Source of the DNA: an uncultured Verrucomicrobiae bacterium
Lineage (GTDB): Bacteria; Verrucomicrobiota; Verrucomicrobiia; Chthoniobacterales; JAFAMB01
DNA: 64,000 bases
NCBI GenBank assembly: GCA_963837955.1
Contig: CAWIPH010000002.1
Span: 960,001-1,024,000 of the forward strand
Reading direction: 5' to 3'
The notes under the pieces were generated by a model. The model was not told the origin of the DNA. It did no database searches and was given only the letters and a program-made list of their open reading frames with translations. Shown in pieces: positions 49,653 to 60,238 of the stretch (position 1 is its first letter; each line of letters starts with the position of its first letter). The position numbers and the translations under genes are program-made.

Positions 49653-50966
49653 ATGAAAAGAAATTTGTTCCTCCAAGCTACTTTGCTTTCCGGCACGTGG
49701 TTCCTAACCACGCATCCTCTGTTGGCCCAAAGCACGACCGAACCGATTAAAGTAGGTATTTTACACTCTCTATCGGGTACGATGGCGATTTCCGAGACCT
49801 CGCTCAAAGACGTCGCTCTGATGACGATCGAGGAGATCAACAATGCAGGCGGAGTTGCCGGGCGCAAGATCGAGCCGATCGTAGTGGACCCAGCTTCTAA
49901 TTGGCCGCTGTTCGCCGAGAAAGCCCGCCAGCTCATCAGTCAAGACAAGGTAGTCGCCGTCTTTGGATGTTGGACTTCGGTTTCGCGCAAATCGGTGCTT
50001 CCAGTGTTTGAGGAACTGAACGGTCTCCTTTTCTATCCCGTTCAGTATGAGGGCGAGGAAATGTCGCGAAACGTTTTTTACACTGGCGCCGCGCCCAATC
50101 AGCAAGCGATTCCGGCTGTCGAATATTTAATGCGTAAGGAAGGGGGCGGTGCGAAACGGTTCTTTCTGCTCGGGACTGACTACGTTTATCCCCGTACGAC
50201 CAACAAGATTCTGCGAGCGTTCTTGCATTCCAAAGGGGTGCAGGATTCGGACATAACCGAGGTCTATACCCCATTTGAGCACAACGATTATCAAACGATC
50301 GTCAATGACATCAAAAAATTCGCTCAGGCTGGAAAGACCGCAGTGATTTCGACCATCAACGGAGACTCAAATGTGCCCTTCTATAAGGAGTTGGCCAATC
50401 AGGGATTGAAGGCAACGGATGTTCCGGTCGTCGCGTTTTCGGTCGGCGAAGAAGAGCTACGTGGGATCGATACCAAACCGTTAGTTGGACATTTGGCGGC
50501 CTGGAATTATTTCATGTCGCTCAAGAATGCCCAGAATGACGCCTTTAAGAAGGAGTGGGCTGCCTATGTCGCTGCCCATGGTCTCCCGGGCGGTGACAAA
50601 CGGGTGACTAACGATCCGATGGAAGCGACCTATGTGGGCATTCACATGTGGAAACAAGCTGTGGAAAAGGCTGGGAGCACGGACGTCGATAAGGTGCGTG
50701 ATGCGATGATAGGCCAAACCTTTAAAGCGCCGTGCGGCTTTGTCCTGGAGATGGATGCGAACCATCACCTCCACAAGCCGGTGATGATTGGAGAGGTCCG
50801 CCCTGATGGTCAATTCAGCGTTGTCTGGAAAACGAAAGAACCGATTCGGGCTCAACCCTGGAGCCCGTTTATCCCAGGGAATGAAAGCAAGCCAGACAAA
50901 GTCGCCACTGGTAAAGAACTCCCGAATCTACTCGATTTGAGCAGATTGGCGGTGTCTGCCCGTTAG
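49653..50966 (+). CDS. urtA: Urea ABC transporter substrate-binding protein
   Basis: IKVGILHSLSGTMAISE, VDPASNWPLFAEKA, GCWTSVSRK, YTGAAPNQQ, STINGDSNVPF; start ATG 49653. Confidence 0.95.
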   Translation: MKRNLFLQATLLSGTWFLTTHPLLAQSTTEPIKVGILHSLSGTMAISETSLKDVALMTIEEINNAGGVAGRKIEPIVVDPASNWPLFAEKARQLISQDKVVAVFGCWTSVSRKSVLPVFEELNGLLFYPVQYEGEEMSRNVFYTGAAPNQQAIPAVEYLMRKEGGGAKRFFLLGTDYVYPRTTNKILRAFLHSKGVQDSDITEVYTPFEHNDYQTIVNDIKKFAQAGKTAVISTINGDSNVPFYKELANQGLKATDVPVVAFSVGEEELRGIDTKPLVGHLAAWNYFMSLKNAQNDAFKKEWAAYVAAHGLPGGDKRVTNDPMEATYVGIHMWKQAVEKAGSTDVDKVRDAMIGQTFKAPCGFVLEMDANHHLHKPVMIGEVRPDGQFSVVWKTKEPIRAQPWSPFIPGNESKPDKVATGKELPNLLDLSRLAVSAR

Positions 50967-50990
50967 GATTCTGGCGGACATACCCTCCTT

Positions 50991-52601
50991 ATGGATCGAC
51001 GGTTTTTCTGCTTATTGGCAGCCGGTTGCTGGCTGTCCGTCAGCGGCATTGCGTCGGCCCTTACGCCGGAACAGGTCAAACCTCTGGCTGAAGACGATTT
51101 CGAGGCGAAGGCCCAAGCGTTGGACCAAATCGTCGCTGCAGACGACGAAGCCGCCAAAAGGATTCTGGAAGCGCTACGGGATGAGCGGCTCTACGCAAAC
51201 AATGCCGGTCAACTCGTGATCCAAGATGGCGACTCTTATCACGACGCGCTCACGGGGGCGCAGAGCGAGAGCAAATCGGATGATCTGCAAACAATCGATT
51301 TGAGTAATGTTTTACGCGAGAAGGTAGTGAAAGGATTGGCCGGTTTGCAGCTGACATCACCGGATCGATCGGTTCGAGCGCAAGCAGTTCAAAAACTGTT
51401 GGGCGGCAGCGACCCGGCCCTGAAACCGCTGATTGAAAAAACCAGAAACCAAGAAACCGACCCTGCGTTACGTGCTCAGCTGGATCAGCTCTGGGCTTCG
51501 ACCATGCTGCGTGACCCGGATCCGCAGCGGCGCAAAGAAGCGGTTGCGGTAATAGAGCAGCGTCACGACCCGCAGATGCGGCTAGTCCTCGCGCCGCTGC
51601 TGGCCAAACAGAACGACGGTAGCTTCGTCGAAACCGATCCGACAGTTCGCAAAAAGGTCGAGGAAGTTCTCGCCAGTCTCGAGCTGGAAGAAACAGAGAT
51701 CCAATTTGTCGGAACGTTGTTTGCCGGCGTTAGCCTCGGGAGCATATTGCTGTTAGCTGCGCTCGGTTTAGCGATTACCTACGGCCTGATCGGCGTGATC
51801 AATATGGCTCACGGTGAGTTTCTCATGATCGGCGCCTACGCCACTTACTGTGTCCAGAATCTGTTCATAAGCTATTGGCCCGGAGCGTTCGACTGGTATC
51901 TGCTCGCCGCTGTTCCGGCCTCCTTTTTGGCAGCTGCAATCGTGGGCCTCGTGCTGGAGCGGTCCGTTATCAGACTGTTGTACGGGCGACCGTTGGAAAC
52001 GCTTCTCGCTACTTTTGGGATCAGCCTCATTTTGATTGAAGCGGTCCGCACGAAGTTTGGTGCCCAGAATGTGCAAGTTGCCAACCCTCGCTGGATGAGC
52101 GGCGGCATCACCGTTCTGCCCGAACTGATTTTGCCTTTTAACCGCATCGTGATCATCGGATTCGCGCTGGTAGTGGTTTTGATTACCTGGGTCGTGATCC
52201 AGAAGACGCGACTCGGGTTATACATTCGCGCCGTCACGCAAAACCGCCGAATGGCCGCATGCGTCGGCATCCCGACATGGCAGATCGATTGTTATGCGTT
52301 TGCCTTCGGCGCCGGAATTGCGGGGCTCGGCGGATGCGCTCTTTCCCAAATCGGCAACGTCGGACCGGACTTGGGCCAAAGCTATATCATCGATTCATTC
52401 ATGGCGGTGGTCTTAGGAGGGGTCGGCCAGTTAATTGGCACGATCGTCGGAGCGCTCGGCTTAGGCGTGCTCAGTAAGCTGATTGAACCGTTTTGGGGGG
52501 CTGTCCTCGCTAAAATCGCCATTTTGATCTTAATTATTCTCTTCATTCAAAAACGGCCCCAAGGTCTCTTCGCGCTGAAGGGGCGGAGCCTGGAGGTTTG
52601 A
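50991..52601 (+). CDS. urtB: Urea ABC transporter permease (with N-terminal periplasmic extension)
   Basis: LGLAITYGLIGVINMAHGE, YGRPLETLLAT, VGPDLGQSYIIDSF, QKRPQGLF. Confidence 0.94.
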   Translation: MDRRFFCLLAAGCWLSVSGIASALTPEQVKPLAEDDFEAKAQALDQIVAADDEAAKRILEALRDERLYANNAGQLVIQDGDSYHDALTGAQSESKSDDLQTIDLSNVLREKVVKGLAGLQLTSPDRSVRAQAVQKLLGGSDPALKPLIEKTRNQETDPALRAQLDQLWASTMLRDPDPQRRKEAVAVIEQRHDPQMRLVLAPLLAKQNDGSFVETDPTVRKKVEEVLASLELEETEIQFVGTLFAGVSLGSILLLAALGLAITYGLIGVINMAHGEFLMIGAYATYCVQNLFISYWPGAFDWYLLAAVPASFLAAAIVGLVLERSVIRLLYGRPLETLLATFGISLILIEAVRTKFGAQNVQVANPRWMSGGITVLPELILPFNRIVIIGFALVVVLITWVVIQKTRLGLYIRAVTQNRRMAACVGIPTWQIDCYAFAFGAGIAGLGGCALSQIGNVGPDLGQSYIIDSFMAVVLGGVGQLIGTIVGALGLGVLSKLIEPFWGAVLAKIAILILIILFIQKRPQGLFALKGRSLEV

Positions 52602-52602
52602 G

Positions 52603-53724
52603 ATGAGTGTCGCGGTCTCTGAAGCGCCGGCGACTTTCTCGCTGCCTGCCCGTCAGCGGTTGTTTAGTCGAACCGCCTGGATCGCATTTTTTCTGATCGT
52701 GGCGGTCGTGCTGCTGACCACACCGATCTGCGCGTTAGCGGTACCGTCGAGTTCGCCTTTTTTTCTGTCTGTCTACGCACTCACCTTGATCGGAAAGATC
52801 ATGTGCTATGCCTTGGTCGCCCTCGCGCTGGATCTGGTGTGGGGCTACTGCGGTGTGCTGAGTCTGGGGCATGGGCTATTTTTCGCGCTCGGTGGGTACG
52901 CCATGGGCATGTACTTGATGCGCTCAATCGGTCTTGATGGCGTCTATCACAGTCCTCTTCCGGATTTCATGGTGTTCTTGGATTGGAAGGCCCTACCCTG
53001 GTTCTGGCAGGGAACCGATCACTTTCTTTATGCGTTACTCCTGATCATTCTGGTCCCAGGTGCTGTGGCCTGGCTCTTTGGTTTCTTCACGTTTCGTTCT
53101 CGGGTCAAGGGCGTTTACCTCTCGATTATCACCCAGGCAATGACCTTCGCCGCCATGCTGCTCTTTTATCGCAACGAAACCGGCTTCGGTGGCAATAATG
53201 GATTTACCGATTTCAAACGCATACTGGGATTTCCAATTGCCGCCCCCGGGACTCGGGTTTCTCTATTTCTGCTGACGTTCCTCGTGCTGGCTGGGAGCTT
53301 TGTTCTTTGTCGCTTCCTGGTGAAATCAAAGCTCGGACGAGTGGTTACCGCTATTCGGGATACGGAATCGCGATTGATGTTCCTGGGCTACAATCCGCTT
53401 GGTTACAAACTCTTTGTTTGGACCTTATCCGCGGTCATCTGCGGCATCGCGGGCGCTTTATATGTGCCGCAGGTTGGCATCATTAACCCGAGTGAAATGT
53501 CTCCGGCCAATTCAATCGAAATGGCAATCTGGGTGGCGGTAGGGGGGCGCGGAACTTTGCTCGGGCCAATCATCGGTGCATTTCTGGTAAATGGAGCAAA
53601 GAGCTATCTCACGGAATCGTTTGCCGAATACTGGTTGTTTTTTCTTGGGGCGATCTTCGTGATCGTTCCGATTTACCTGCCGCATGGAGTGATCGGGTTG
53701 TTTCAGCGGATGCAGCGAAAATGA
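52603..53724 (+). CDS. urtC: Urea ABC transporter permease
   Basis: DLVWGYCGVLSLGHG, LPDFM, GFGGNNGFTDF, SIEMAIWVAVGGRG. Confidence 0.94.
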   Translation: MSVAVSEAPATFSLPARQRLFSRTAWIAFFLIVAVVLLTTPICALAVPSSSPFFLSVYALTLIGKIMCYALVALALDLVWGYCGVLSLGHGLFFALGGYAMGMYLMRSIGLDGVYHSPLPDFMVFLDWKALPWFWQGTDHFLYALLLIILVPGAVAWLFGFFTFRSRVKGVYLSIITQAMTFAAMLLFYRNETGFGGNNGFTDFKRILGFPIAAPGTRVSLFLLTFLVLAGSFVLCRFLVKSKLGRVVTAIRDTESRLMFLGYNPLGYKLFVWTLSAVICGIAGALYVPQVGIINPSEMSPANSIEMAIWVAVGGRGTLLGPIIGAFLVNGAKSYLTESFAEYWLFFLGAIFVIVPIYLPHGVIGLFQRMQRK

Positions 53725-54563
53725 AACCAGCTCCAGATTTGATTGGAACATCAGCTAATGGTCCGGTTGCGTCGGATGTAGAAGCGAAGGATGGCGATTC
53801 TTCGGCTGCAAGTGCGCGCCGCACGATTCTCTATCTCGAGGGCGTTACCGTAGCCTTCGATGCCATACGAGCTCTTAATGACGTAAACCTGTTGATTTAC
53901 GAGGGAGAACTCCGGTGCGTCATCGGTCCGAACGGAGCCGGCAAGACGACCATGATGGATGTGATTACCGGAAAAACGAAACCAGACGCCGGTCGAGTGA
54001 TCCTGGGAAAGGATCTTGATCTACTGCGTCTTGACGAACCGGCGATCGCTTCGGCTGGAGTCGGTCGCAAATTCCAGAAACCTACTGTGTTCGAGCGGCA
54101 TCCGGTCTGGGAAAACCTTGAATTAGCGATGAATGCCGAGAAAGAATGGTACCGCTCTTTGCATGCGGGGCTCACAAGCGAAACCCGGGATCGGATCGAA
54201 GCGACGCTGCACCTGACTGGCTTGATGCCGGTGGCTTTTCGGCCAGCCGGACAGCTCTCTCACGGACAAAAGCAGCGTTTGGAAATTGGGATGTTGCTCA
54301 TGCAAAAGCCACGCGTCCTTCTGCTCGATGAACCGGCCGCCGGAATGTCCGATCGCGAGACTGAACAGCTCGCTGATTTGATCGAATCGCTGCGATCGAC
54401 ATGCTCAATGGTTGTAGTTGAGCACGACATGGATTTTGTGGCCAGGCTGGCCGGGGAGCGCGGCCGAGTCACTGTTATGGCCGAAGGGCGTGTCCTGGTG
54501 GAGGGAACGCTGGAGGAAGTAAAGAAGGATGAAGGTGTAATCGCCTCCTATCTTGGCCGTTGA
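53721..54563 (+). CDS. urtD: Urea ABC transporter ATPase
   Basis: [37 protein letters not shown]. Confidence 0.94.
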   Translation: MKPAPDLIGTSANGPVASDVEAKDGDSSAASARRTILYLEGVTVAFDAIRALNDVNLLIYEGELRCVIGPNGAGKTTMMDVITGKTKPDAGRVILGKDLDLLRLDEPAIASAGVGRKFQKPTVFERHPVWENLELAMNAEKEWYRSLHAGLTSETRDRIEATLHLTGLMPVAFRPAGQLSHGQKQRLEIGMLLMQKPRVLLLDEPAAGMSDRETEQLADLIESLRSTCSMVVVEHDMDFVARLAGERGRVTVMAEGRVLVEGTLEEVKKDEGVIASYLGR

Positions 54564-54573
54564 GGATTTTTCC

Positions 54574-55266
54574 ATGCTCGAAGTTCACTCTCTCAACCAA
54601 TATTACGGCGGGAGCCACATTCTCCGGCACATCAACGGAAATTTTGAAACGGGGAAGCTCACGGTATTACTTGGCCGGAATGGCGTCGGCAAAACGACCT
54701 TACTCCGCTGTCTAATGGGGCTGTTGCCGATCCGGAGTGGCTCGATTTTGTGGCGCGGCAAAACTTTGGAGAAGTTGCCGACCTACCAAAGGGTTGCCAG
54801 CGGATTGGCTTACGTTCCCCAGGGTCGCGATATTTTTCCGCGATTGAGTGTCGAAGAAAACTTGCTAACCGGCGCCGCCAGTCGTCCAGGTAAACAAATG
54901 ATACCTGACTCAATTTTCGAGCTGTTCCCAATCTTGAAAGATATGCGTCGCCGGCGGGGCGGTGATCTTTCCGGCGGGCAACAACAGCAACTGGCGATTG
55001 CGCGAGCTTTGATGAGCGAACCGCAATGCTTGCTGTTGGATGAACCGACCGAAGGAATTCAGCCGTCGATCATCCAGGAGATCGGTAGAACGCTCCGAGC
55101 CTTGGTCTCTGATCGTGGATTGACCGTTCTGCTAGTCGAACAGTACTACGATTTTGCGCACCAGCTCGCGGACTCCTATGTCGTTATGGAACGAGGAGAA
55201 ATTGTTGCGACCGGGCTCGGCTCCAATATGGAGCGGGATGGAGTTCGGGAAATGATTGCGGTGTAG
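54574..55266 (+). CDS. urtE: Urea ABC transporter ATPase
   Basis: QYYGGSHIL, GRNGVGKTT, LSGGQQQQLAI, DEPTEGIQPSII; start ATG 54574. Confidence 0.94.
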   Translation: MLEVHSLNQYYGGSHILRHINGNFETGKLTVLLGRNGVGKTTLLRCLMGLLPIRSGSILWRGKTLEKLPTYQRVASGLAYVPQGRDIFPRLSVEENLLTGAASRPGKQMIPDSIFELFPILKDMRRRRGGDLSGGQQQQLAIARALMSEPQCLLLDEPTEGIQPSIIQEIGRTLRALVSDRGLTVLLVEQYYDFAHQLADSYVVMERGEIVATGLGSNMERDGVREMIAV

Positions 55267-55305
55267 AGCACCAAATCGGCAACTCGTGAGGTAGCGCTGA
55301 CCCGC

Positions 55306-55653
55306 CTTAAATGGGGAGGGCGCACGTCCTCGTGCGCCGCGGATCGCGAGGATCGGACGTCGCAGAAGCCCACGGTCGTTGAGCGTGATGCATCAAAAGC
55401 TATGTCGGACAGGCCGCGATCCCTCCCGGCTTTTGACTTCGATTCACCCTTCGGTGAAACGCGCTAGTCCGGGCTAGAGCAAAATCTTCTCCAAATGATC
55501 GAGGCAGATCTTAAATGGGGAGGGCGCACGTCCTCGTGCGCCGCGGATCGCGAGGACGCGATCCCTCCCGGCTTTTGACTTCGAATCAGCCTTGGGTGAA
55601 ACGCGCTAGTCCGGGCTAGAGCAAAATCTTCTCCAAATGATCGAGACAGATCT
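55306..55653. repeat. Tandem duplication containing family 2 REP doublets (55314-55427, 55518-55569) and the 3' end of the downstream gene
   Basis: cttaaatggggagggcgcacgtcctcgtgcgcc...ctagagcaaaatcttctccaaatgatcgag.cagatct occurs twice. Confidence 0.88.
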
Positions 55654-56224
55654 GCGACCAAGTTTCCAAGGACTCTCGCTCAGTTTGCAGTTCGCCTGGT
55701 GTCAGAAATCCCACTTCGGTGATCGCGCTCTCCCGTTTGGTTGCTTCCTGAGCCGAAAGTTCAACGACATGAACGACTCCGAGGTGGACTCGACCTACCT
55801 CCGTGGAATCGTCATTGATCAACCCTACGATCCGGTGCGATCGAGGATTCGGGATTTGAATCTCTTCATCGATTTCGCGTTGTACGCCCACTAGATAAGC
55901 CGCGCGATCCAAGGCAAAAAGGCCTTCGTCCTGATCATTCATGTGGCCGCCGATTCCGATTGATCCCTTGGAAACGAGGCGTTTTTCTCCAGAGGCTTTG
56001 CCGCGTTTATACCGGAGGATCTTTCCTTGGGCGCGGATCAGCGCATAGGGGATAATCTGTTTGAGACTCGGATCGTTCTCAGCCGCGGACCGCGGCGCAA
56101 AAAAATTGTTCTCCCGGGCCAGGATGCTTGGTAGATAGCGATCAACGTCAGCAGTGAAGCCCTGAAAAATTCCGAGCGATTCGAGGAGAGTTCGCCGGAT
56201 GACTAATATCATTTCCTCTTTCAT
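55616..56224 (-). CDS. Predicted NUDIX-fold phosphoesterase (COG4112-like)
   Basis: AENDPSLKQIIPY, GEKRL..KGSIGIGGHMN, REIDEE, INDDSTEVGRVHLG, LETWSQ. Confidence 0.85.
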   Translation of the reverse strand: MKEEMILVIRRTLLESLGIFQGFTADVDRYLPSILARENNFFAPRSAAENDPSLKQIIPYALIRAQGKILRYKRGKASGEKRLVSKGSIGIGGHMNDQDEGLFALDRAAYLVGVQREIDEEIQIPNPRSHRIVGLINDDSTEVGRVHLGVVHVVELSAQEATKRESAITEVGFLTPGELQTERESLETWSQICLDHLEKILL

Positions 56225-56482
56225 GATTTCTTCTTAGTTACTGCTTAGCTGGGCCCGCTCGGTGCTTTAGGATCGCGCCCTTCGTCCAATCGAATTTTAT
56301 CGATCATTCTGGCAAAGAAAAACAGTTCTTCAGTTTTTACGTAAGGGCTGCGCAGGTTCTCGCCCCTCATGTCGCTAGTTTAGTGGAGCTCGCCAGCGTA
56401 GAGCGACGCTAAATTCAGAAATAATCTGTCTCCAAAAAAGATTGGCGGTATCGGAGAGAGGTTGCGAATGTGTCACAATTTT

Positions 56483-57523
56483 ATGGAGAAGCGGCTGCGT
56501 CATTTTGCCAGCGACAACAATGCAGGCATTTATCCGGAGGTTCTGGAATTCCTCCAGGAAATAAACGAAGGGCACGTGACTGGTTATGGCGACGATCCTT
56601 TTACCCAACAAGCCCAACAGGCGATCTGCGATCTCTTCGAAAAAGAATGTGCCGTGTTCTTCGTTTCCAATGGCACTACGGCCAATTGTTTGGCCCTCAG
56701 TGCCGTCGTGCGGAGCTATCACGGAGTCATCGTCCATGAGCATTCACACCTTGAGACAGATGAGTGCAATGCGTTAGGCCACTTTATACCGGGAGCCAAG
56801 ACGATCGTAGTCAGCGGGGAGGAGGGCAAGCTGAGTCCGAACGACATCCGACGGGTCGTCGGTTTGCAGCGTGAGGTCCACGGATCAAAGCCGAGAGCGG
56901 TTTCGCTGACGAACGCGACAGAGCTGGGAACGATATACCGACCAGGAGAGATCCAGGAGATCAGCGAGGTAGCGAAATCGCTTGGTCTGTTCCTCCAGAT
57001 CGATGGTGCACGATTTGCGAACGCGGTGGTTTCAGCCGGTTGCTCTCCGGCGGATTTAACCTGGCGATCTGGCGTCGATGCAGTGAGCTTTGGTGGTACG
57101 AAGAACGGCCTCGGCTTAGGTGAGGCAATCGTTTTTTTTGAGCCGAGTCTTCCGGAAGATTTCGCTTATCGCATGAAACAAAGCGGACAATTGGCTTCGA
57201 AGATGCGGTTTTTTTCGGCACCTTGGTTGGCTTTTCTAAAGGAGGGGCTGTGGCTGGAACGAGCCAAACACGCCAATCAGATGGCAAAAAAGCTAGCTGA
57301 GAAATTGCAGCCGTTGCCCGAAATCAGCATCCTTTTCCCCGTTGAGGCAAACGCTGTGTTTACGAAGATTCCACAACCCGCGATCGACGCGATGCATAGA
57401 CTCGGGTGGCGTTTTTATACTGACGTAGGACCTGGTGGAGGTGCGCGGTTGATGTGTTCTTGGGATACAACCCCCGGAGACGTGACCGAGTTCGTTGAAG
57501 ATCTGAGTAGCTGCCTGCGTTGA
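56483..57523 (+). CDS. ltaE: Low-specificity L-threonine aldolase
   Basis: FASDN, GYGDD, NGTTAN, DGARFANA, PLP Lys in SFGGTKNG; start ATG 56483. Confidence 0.92.
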   Translation: MEKRLRHFASDNNAGIYPEVLEFLQEINEGHVTGYGDDPFTQQAQQAICDLFEKECAVFFVSNGTTANCLALSAVVRSYHGVIVHEHSHLETDECNALGHFIPGAKTIVVSGEEGKLSPNDIRRVVGLQREVHGSKPRAVSLTNATELGTIYRPGEIQEISEVAKSLGLFLQIDGARFANAVVSAGCSPADLTWRSGVDAVSFGGTKNGLGLGEAIVFFEPSLPEDFAYRMKQSGQLASKMRFFSAPWLAFLKEGLWLERAKHANQMAKKLAEKLQPLPEISILFPVEANAVFTKIPQPAIDAMHRLGWRFYTDVGPGGGARLMCSWDTTPGDVTEFVEDLSSCLR

Positions 57524-57668
57524 GGTAGGACTGCTATCAGCGTAGCGACCGCGGTTTCGGCGCATTGGAAGCGCTGCCGTACCTGCAGGCGTGCTTTGCG
57601 CCGTGTTTGAGCCCCGTGGCGGGTCAATCTTTCTCGTCCCGTTTATCAGCGCGGCTGACCGCCCGACT

Positions 57669-58196
57669 CTATTGCTGGAGAAAGCGAAAACTGTCCATGA
57701 ACGACCTGATATCCGGATCTTTCAATGGATTCGTCTCCTCTTTCGAGAGGCCCGCTACTTCGTAGACCTTCCCATTCGATTCGTACATGTCGACTACGAT
57801 CGAGTAGTTGGTTGAGTTGTATCGATGCGTACCGATCAAGCGAAATCCGGTCACTCCGTGATGGTTAATTGCCTCGATCGAATGCCGAAAACCGAGGCCT
57901 GGCCCAAAAAAACGCTTTTGGAGATCGTCGATGCTCTTTTCGTCGAGCGTAAAATGCGGCTTATCTTCAGTCACCATTCCGAGGTAGACGTAAGCGCTGA
58001 AATCCTTACGGTGCGCACCGGTCAAGCCCGTTTGATCTGCCGGCGTCATCGGCAGCCACGGATTATCCCGCGTCGTTCCGTCTGGAAGGTTTACCAAGCA
58101 ATTGAAATCGCTCGATTTCCACAGCAGAGCGTTAGCTTCCGGAAGGGTGGCGAACAGCAAAGAAACGGCTGCAATAAGTCTGGGGTGACGAAACAT
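57669..58196 (-). CDS. Hypothetical secreted protein
   Basis: Signal peptide ending ANA; ends FMDSFRF; 175 aa. Confidence 0.7.
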   Translation of the reverse strand: MFRHPRLIAAVSLLFATLPEANALLWKSSDFNCLVNLPDGTTRDNPWLPMTPADQTGLTGAHRKDFSAYVYLGMVTEDKPHFTLDEKSIDDLQKRFFGPGLGFRHSIEAINHHGVTGFRLIGTHRYNSTNYSIVVDMYESNGKVYEVAGLSKEETNPLKDPDIRSFMDSFRFLQQ

Positions 58197-58220
58197 ATGG
58201 CTAGTTAAACGCTTGAGAAG

Positions 58221-58823
58221 TCAAATGACGAGACCAGGATCGTCGTGCGTCGCCGCGCCGATGCGGCAAAGCTGATCGAGCGTTTCGCCGAAGAGGGCGT
58301 ACAATTGTTTCAATCGCGCTATATCTTTGATTTCGCCGCGAGTCTGAAAAAGCAGTTCGCCGATTCCGTCTGGAAAATCCTTGGAGTACCAGCCACTTTC
58401 TGTTGCTGCACTGAAGTATACCTGCGGTTGCTTTTTCAAGAGTTCCCGGATTTCTTCGTCGGAAAATAACTTCTTCACCTCTTCCAGGTTGTTGCTCTTT
58501 ATGATGAATTTCTCATCGAAATCGGCGTGACCTATTTCGAGATCTTGGACGTCTTTGGAGTGGTGATCTTCATAGCTGCCTTCGCGAAAGACGGAGAAGA
58601 TGAATCCGTCTTTGTTCACAAATGGGGCGCGCAGCCGGGTGAAAATGGTTCCCGCGTTGTCCTTGTACGTGTCCAGCGTCACCATCCAGTCGCCCACCTG
58701 GGCGCGCACTTTGCTATCACCCAGCCAAAAGCCACCATCATAAAAATTCCCCCCGATCTCTTGGGCCAGTTGCTCCCAGATTTCCTCCCTGGTCGGTTTA
58801 AAAAATCGTTCTAGTATCGCCAT
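58221..58823 (-). CDS. Conserved hypothetical protein (200 aa)
   Basis: MAILERFF..EIWEQLAQEIGG, TRLRAPFVNKDGF, QDLEIG..FDEKFIIK; start placed at ATG 58823. Confidence 0.75.
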   Translation of the reverse strand: MAILERFFKPTREEIWEQLAQEIGGNFYDGGFWLGDSKVRAQVGDWMVTLDTYKDNAGTIFTRLRAPFVNKDGFIFSVFREGSYEDHHSKDVQDLEIGHADFDEKFIIKSNNLEEVKKLFSDEEIRELLKKQPQVYFSAATESGWYSKDFPDGIGELLFQTRGEIKDIARLKQLYALFGETLDQLCRIGAATHDDPGLVI

Positions 58824-58968
58824 ACTCTGATTCCCGGGACTAAAGTAACGAAAATACTCTACTCTGCGGTCCAGGAAAGGATTTTTCGCGGGGATCAATA
58901 CAGACTGGAATACGATCTCCGCGGTACATTTCCGGTGCGCCACAGATGCGCGGCCGGCGGATTTTGGC

Positions 58969-59394
58969 TCAGTCTCCCGGCTCTGCCTGTCTTGGTGGTG
59001 AATCTGCTTCCGGCGACAACGCGCCGCGCACCGCGGCCAGAAGCTCTCCCGGCGTGTAAGGTTTACCGAGAAGTCCGGCAATCTCGAGCTTCGTCAGGTC
59101 TTTCGCGTCCAAGGACGTAGCGTAACCGGTCGAAAGGATCACCTTCGTACTGGCCGAGATGCGGCGAAGGCGACGTAGAACTTCCAAACCGCTCATCTGC
59201 GGGAGAACGACATCTAGGAGAACGAGATCGAAGGCTTTACCAGTTTCTATGTGATGAATAGCCTCCCATCCGTTTTTCGCGACGATCACGTCGGCCGGGA
59301 GCGCGCGAAGAATTTCGCTCAGCAAATGCGCCAAATCCTTCTCGTCCTCGACCACGAGAATTCTGCGATCGCTATGTGTAACCCCAGCGGGCAT
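58969..59394 (-). CDS. Single-domain response regulator (receiver)
   Basis: ILVVEDE, LVLLDVVLPQMSG, LSTGY, KPYT. Confidence 0.9.
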   Translation of the reverse strand: MPAGVTHSDRRILVVEDEKDLAHLLSEILRALPADVIVAKNGWEAIHHIETGKAFDLVLLDVVLPQMSGLEVLRRLRRISASTKVILSTGYATSLDAKDLTKLEIAGLLGKPYTPGELLAAVRGALSPEADSPPRQAEPGD

Positions 59395-59410
59395 TGGAAA
59401 TCCATTTCGC

Positions 59411-60238
59411 TTAACTCTTCGTCAGGAAGAAACTGCGCTGTCGTACACTGATGGGTCGCTCGAGCCGTTCGAGAACGAGCAACATATCTTCCCAGACTTT
59501 CCGCTTTTCTGCGAGCGATTGATTTCGGAGCAGATAAGAGGGATGAAATGTCGGCATTACCGGGATGCCGGCAAACTGGTGCCAGCGCCCGCGAAGCGAT
59601 TTCATTGGTTGATCCAGTCCGAGCAAACCCCGCATGGCGACTCCGCCGAGCGCCACCATTAACTTCGGTTGGATCAAAGCGATCTGCTCGCGCAGGTAGG
59701 GCAAGCAAGTCGCCATTTCATCGCCAGTCGGTGGCCGATTCCCGGATTTGCCGGGGGGTATGTCGGGCCGGCATTTGAGAACATTGGCGATATACACTTC
59801 TTGGCGCGAAAATCCCATCGTCTGAATGATGCGCGTCAGCAGCTCTCCGGCGCGTCCCACAAATGGCTCTCCCTGCAGATCTTCGTCGGCACCCGGCGCC
59901 TCTCCGACAAACATCAGCTCGGCATCAGGATTTCCAACGCCAAAAACGACCTGACGCCGAAACGCGACCAGGTGTGGACATTTGCGGCAGGCAAGAGCCG
60001 TCTGCCGCAACTTCTCGAATTTTTCGTGCTTCGAAGATGCCAAACCTGGCGTGGCTGCCAGGGGAATCGGTTCAGCAGCCAATAGTCGCTCCTGCGCAGG
60101 AGTCGACTCGACGGCCAGGCGAGCGCGAAATTGTTCAATTCGGTCCAGAATCGTCCGGTCGCACCGAAGATCGGCTCGGCCCTGAAGTTGTTGCAGCTCC
60201 TGAATGACTAATCCGATTCCTTGCGCGAGTAAGCTCAT
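59411..60238 (-). CDS. Uracil-DNA glycosylase, family 4
   Basis: [38 protein letters not shown]; start probably ATG 60238 (ORF open to 60268). Confidence 0.93.
   Translation of the reverse strand: MSLLAQGIGLVIQELQQLQGRADLRCDRTILDRIEQFRARLAVESTPAQERLLAAEPIPLAATPGLASSKHEKFEKLRQTALACRKCPHLVAFRRQVVFGVGNPDAELMFVGEAPGADEDLQGEPFVGRAGELLTRIIQTMGFSRQEVYIANVLKCRPDIPPGKSGNRPPTGDEMATCLPYLREQIALIQPKLMVALGGVAMRGLLGLDQPMKSLRGRWHQFAGIPVMPTFHPSYLLRNQSLAEKRKVWEDMLLVLERLERPISVRQRSFFLTKS

Noticed and set aside
58824..59081. N-terminal extension of the 286-aa minus-strand ORF
   Set aside because: Overlaps the response regulator and reads as non-coding; the plausible start is ATG 58823
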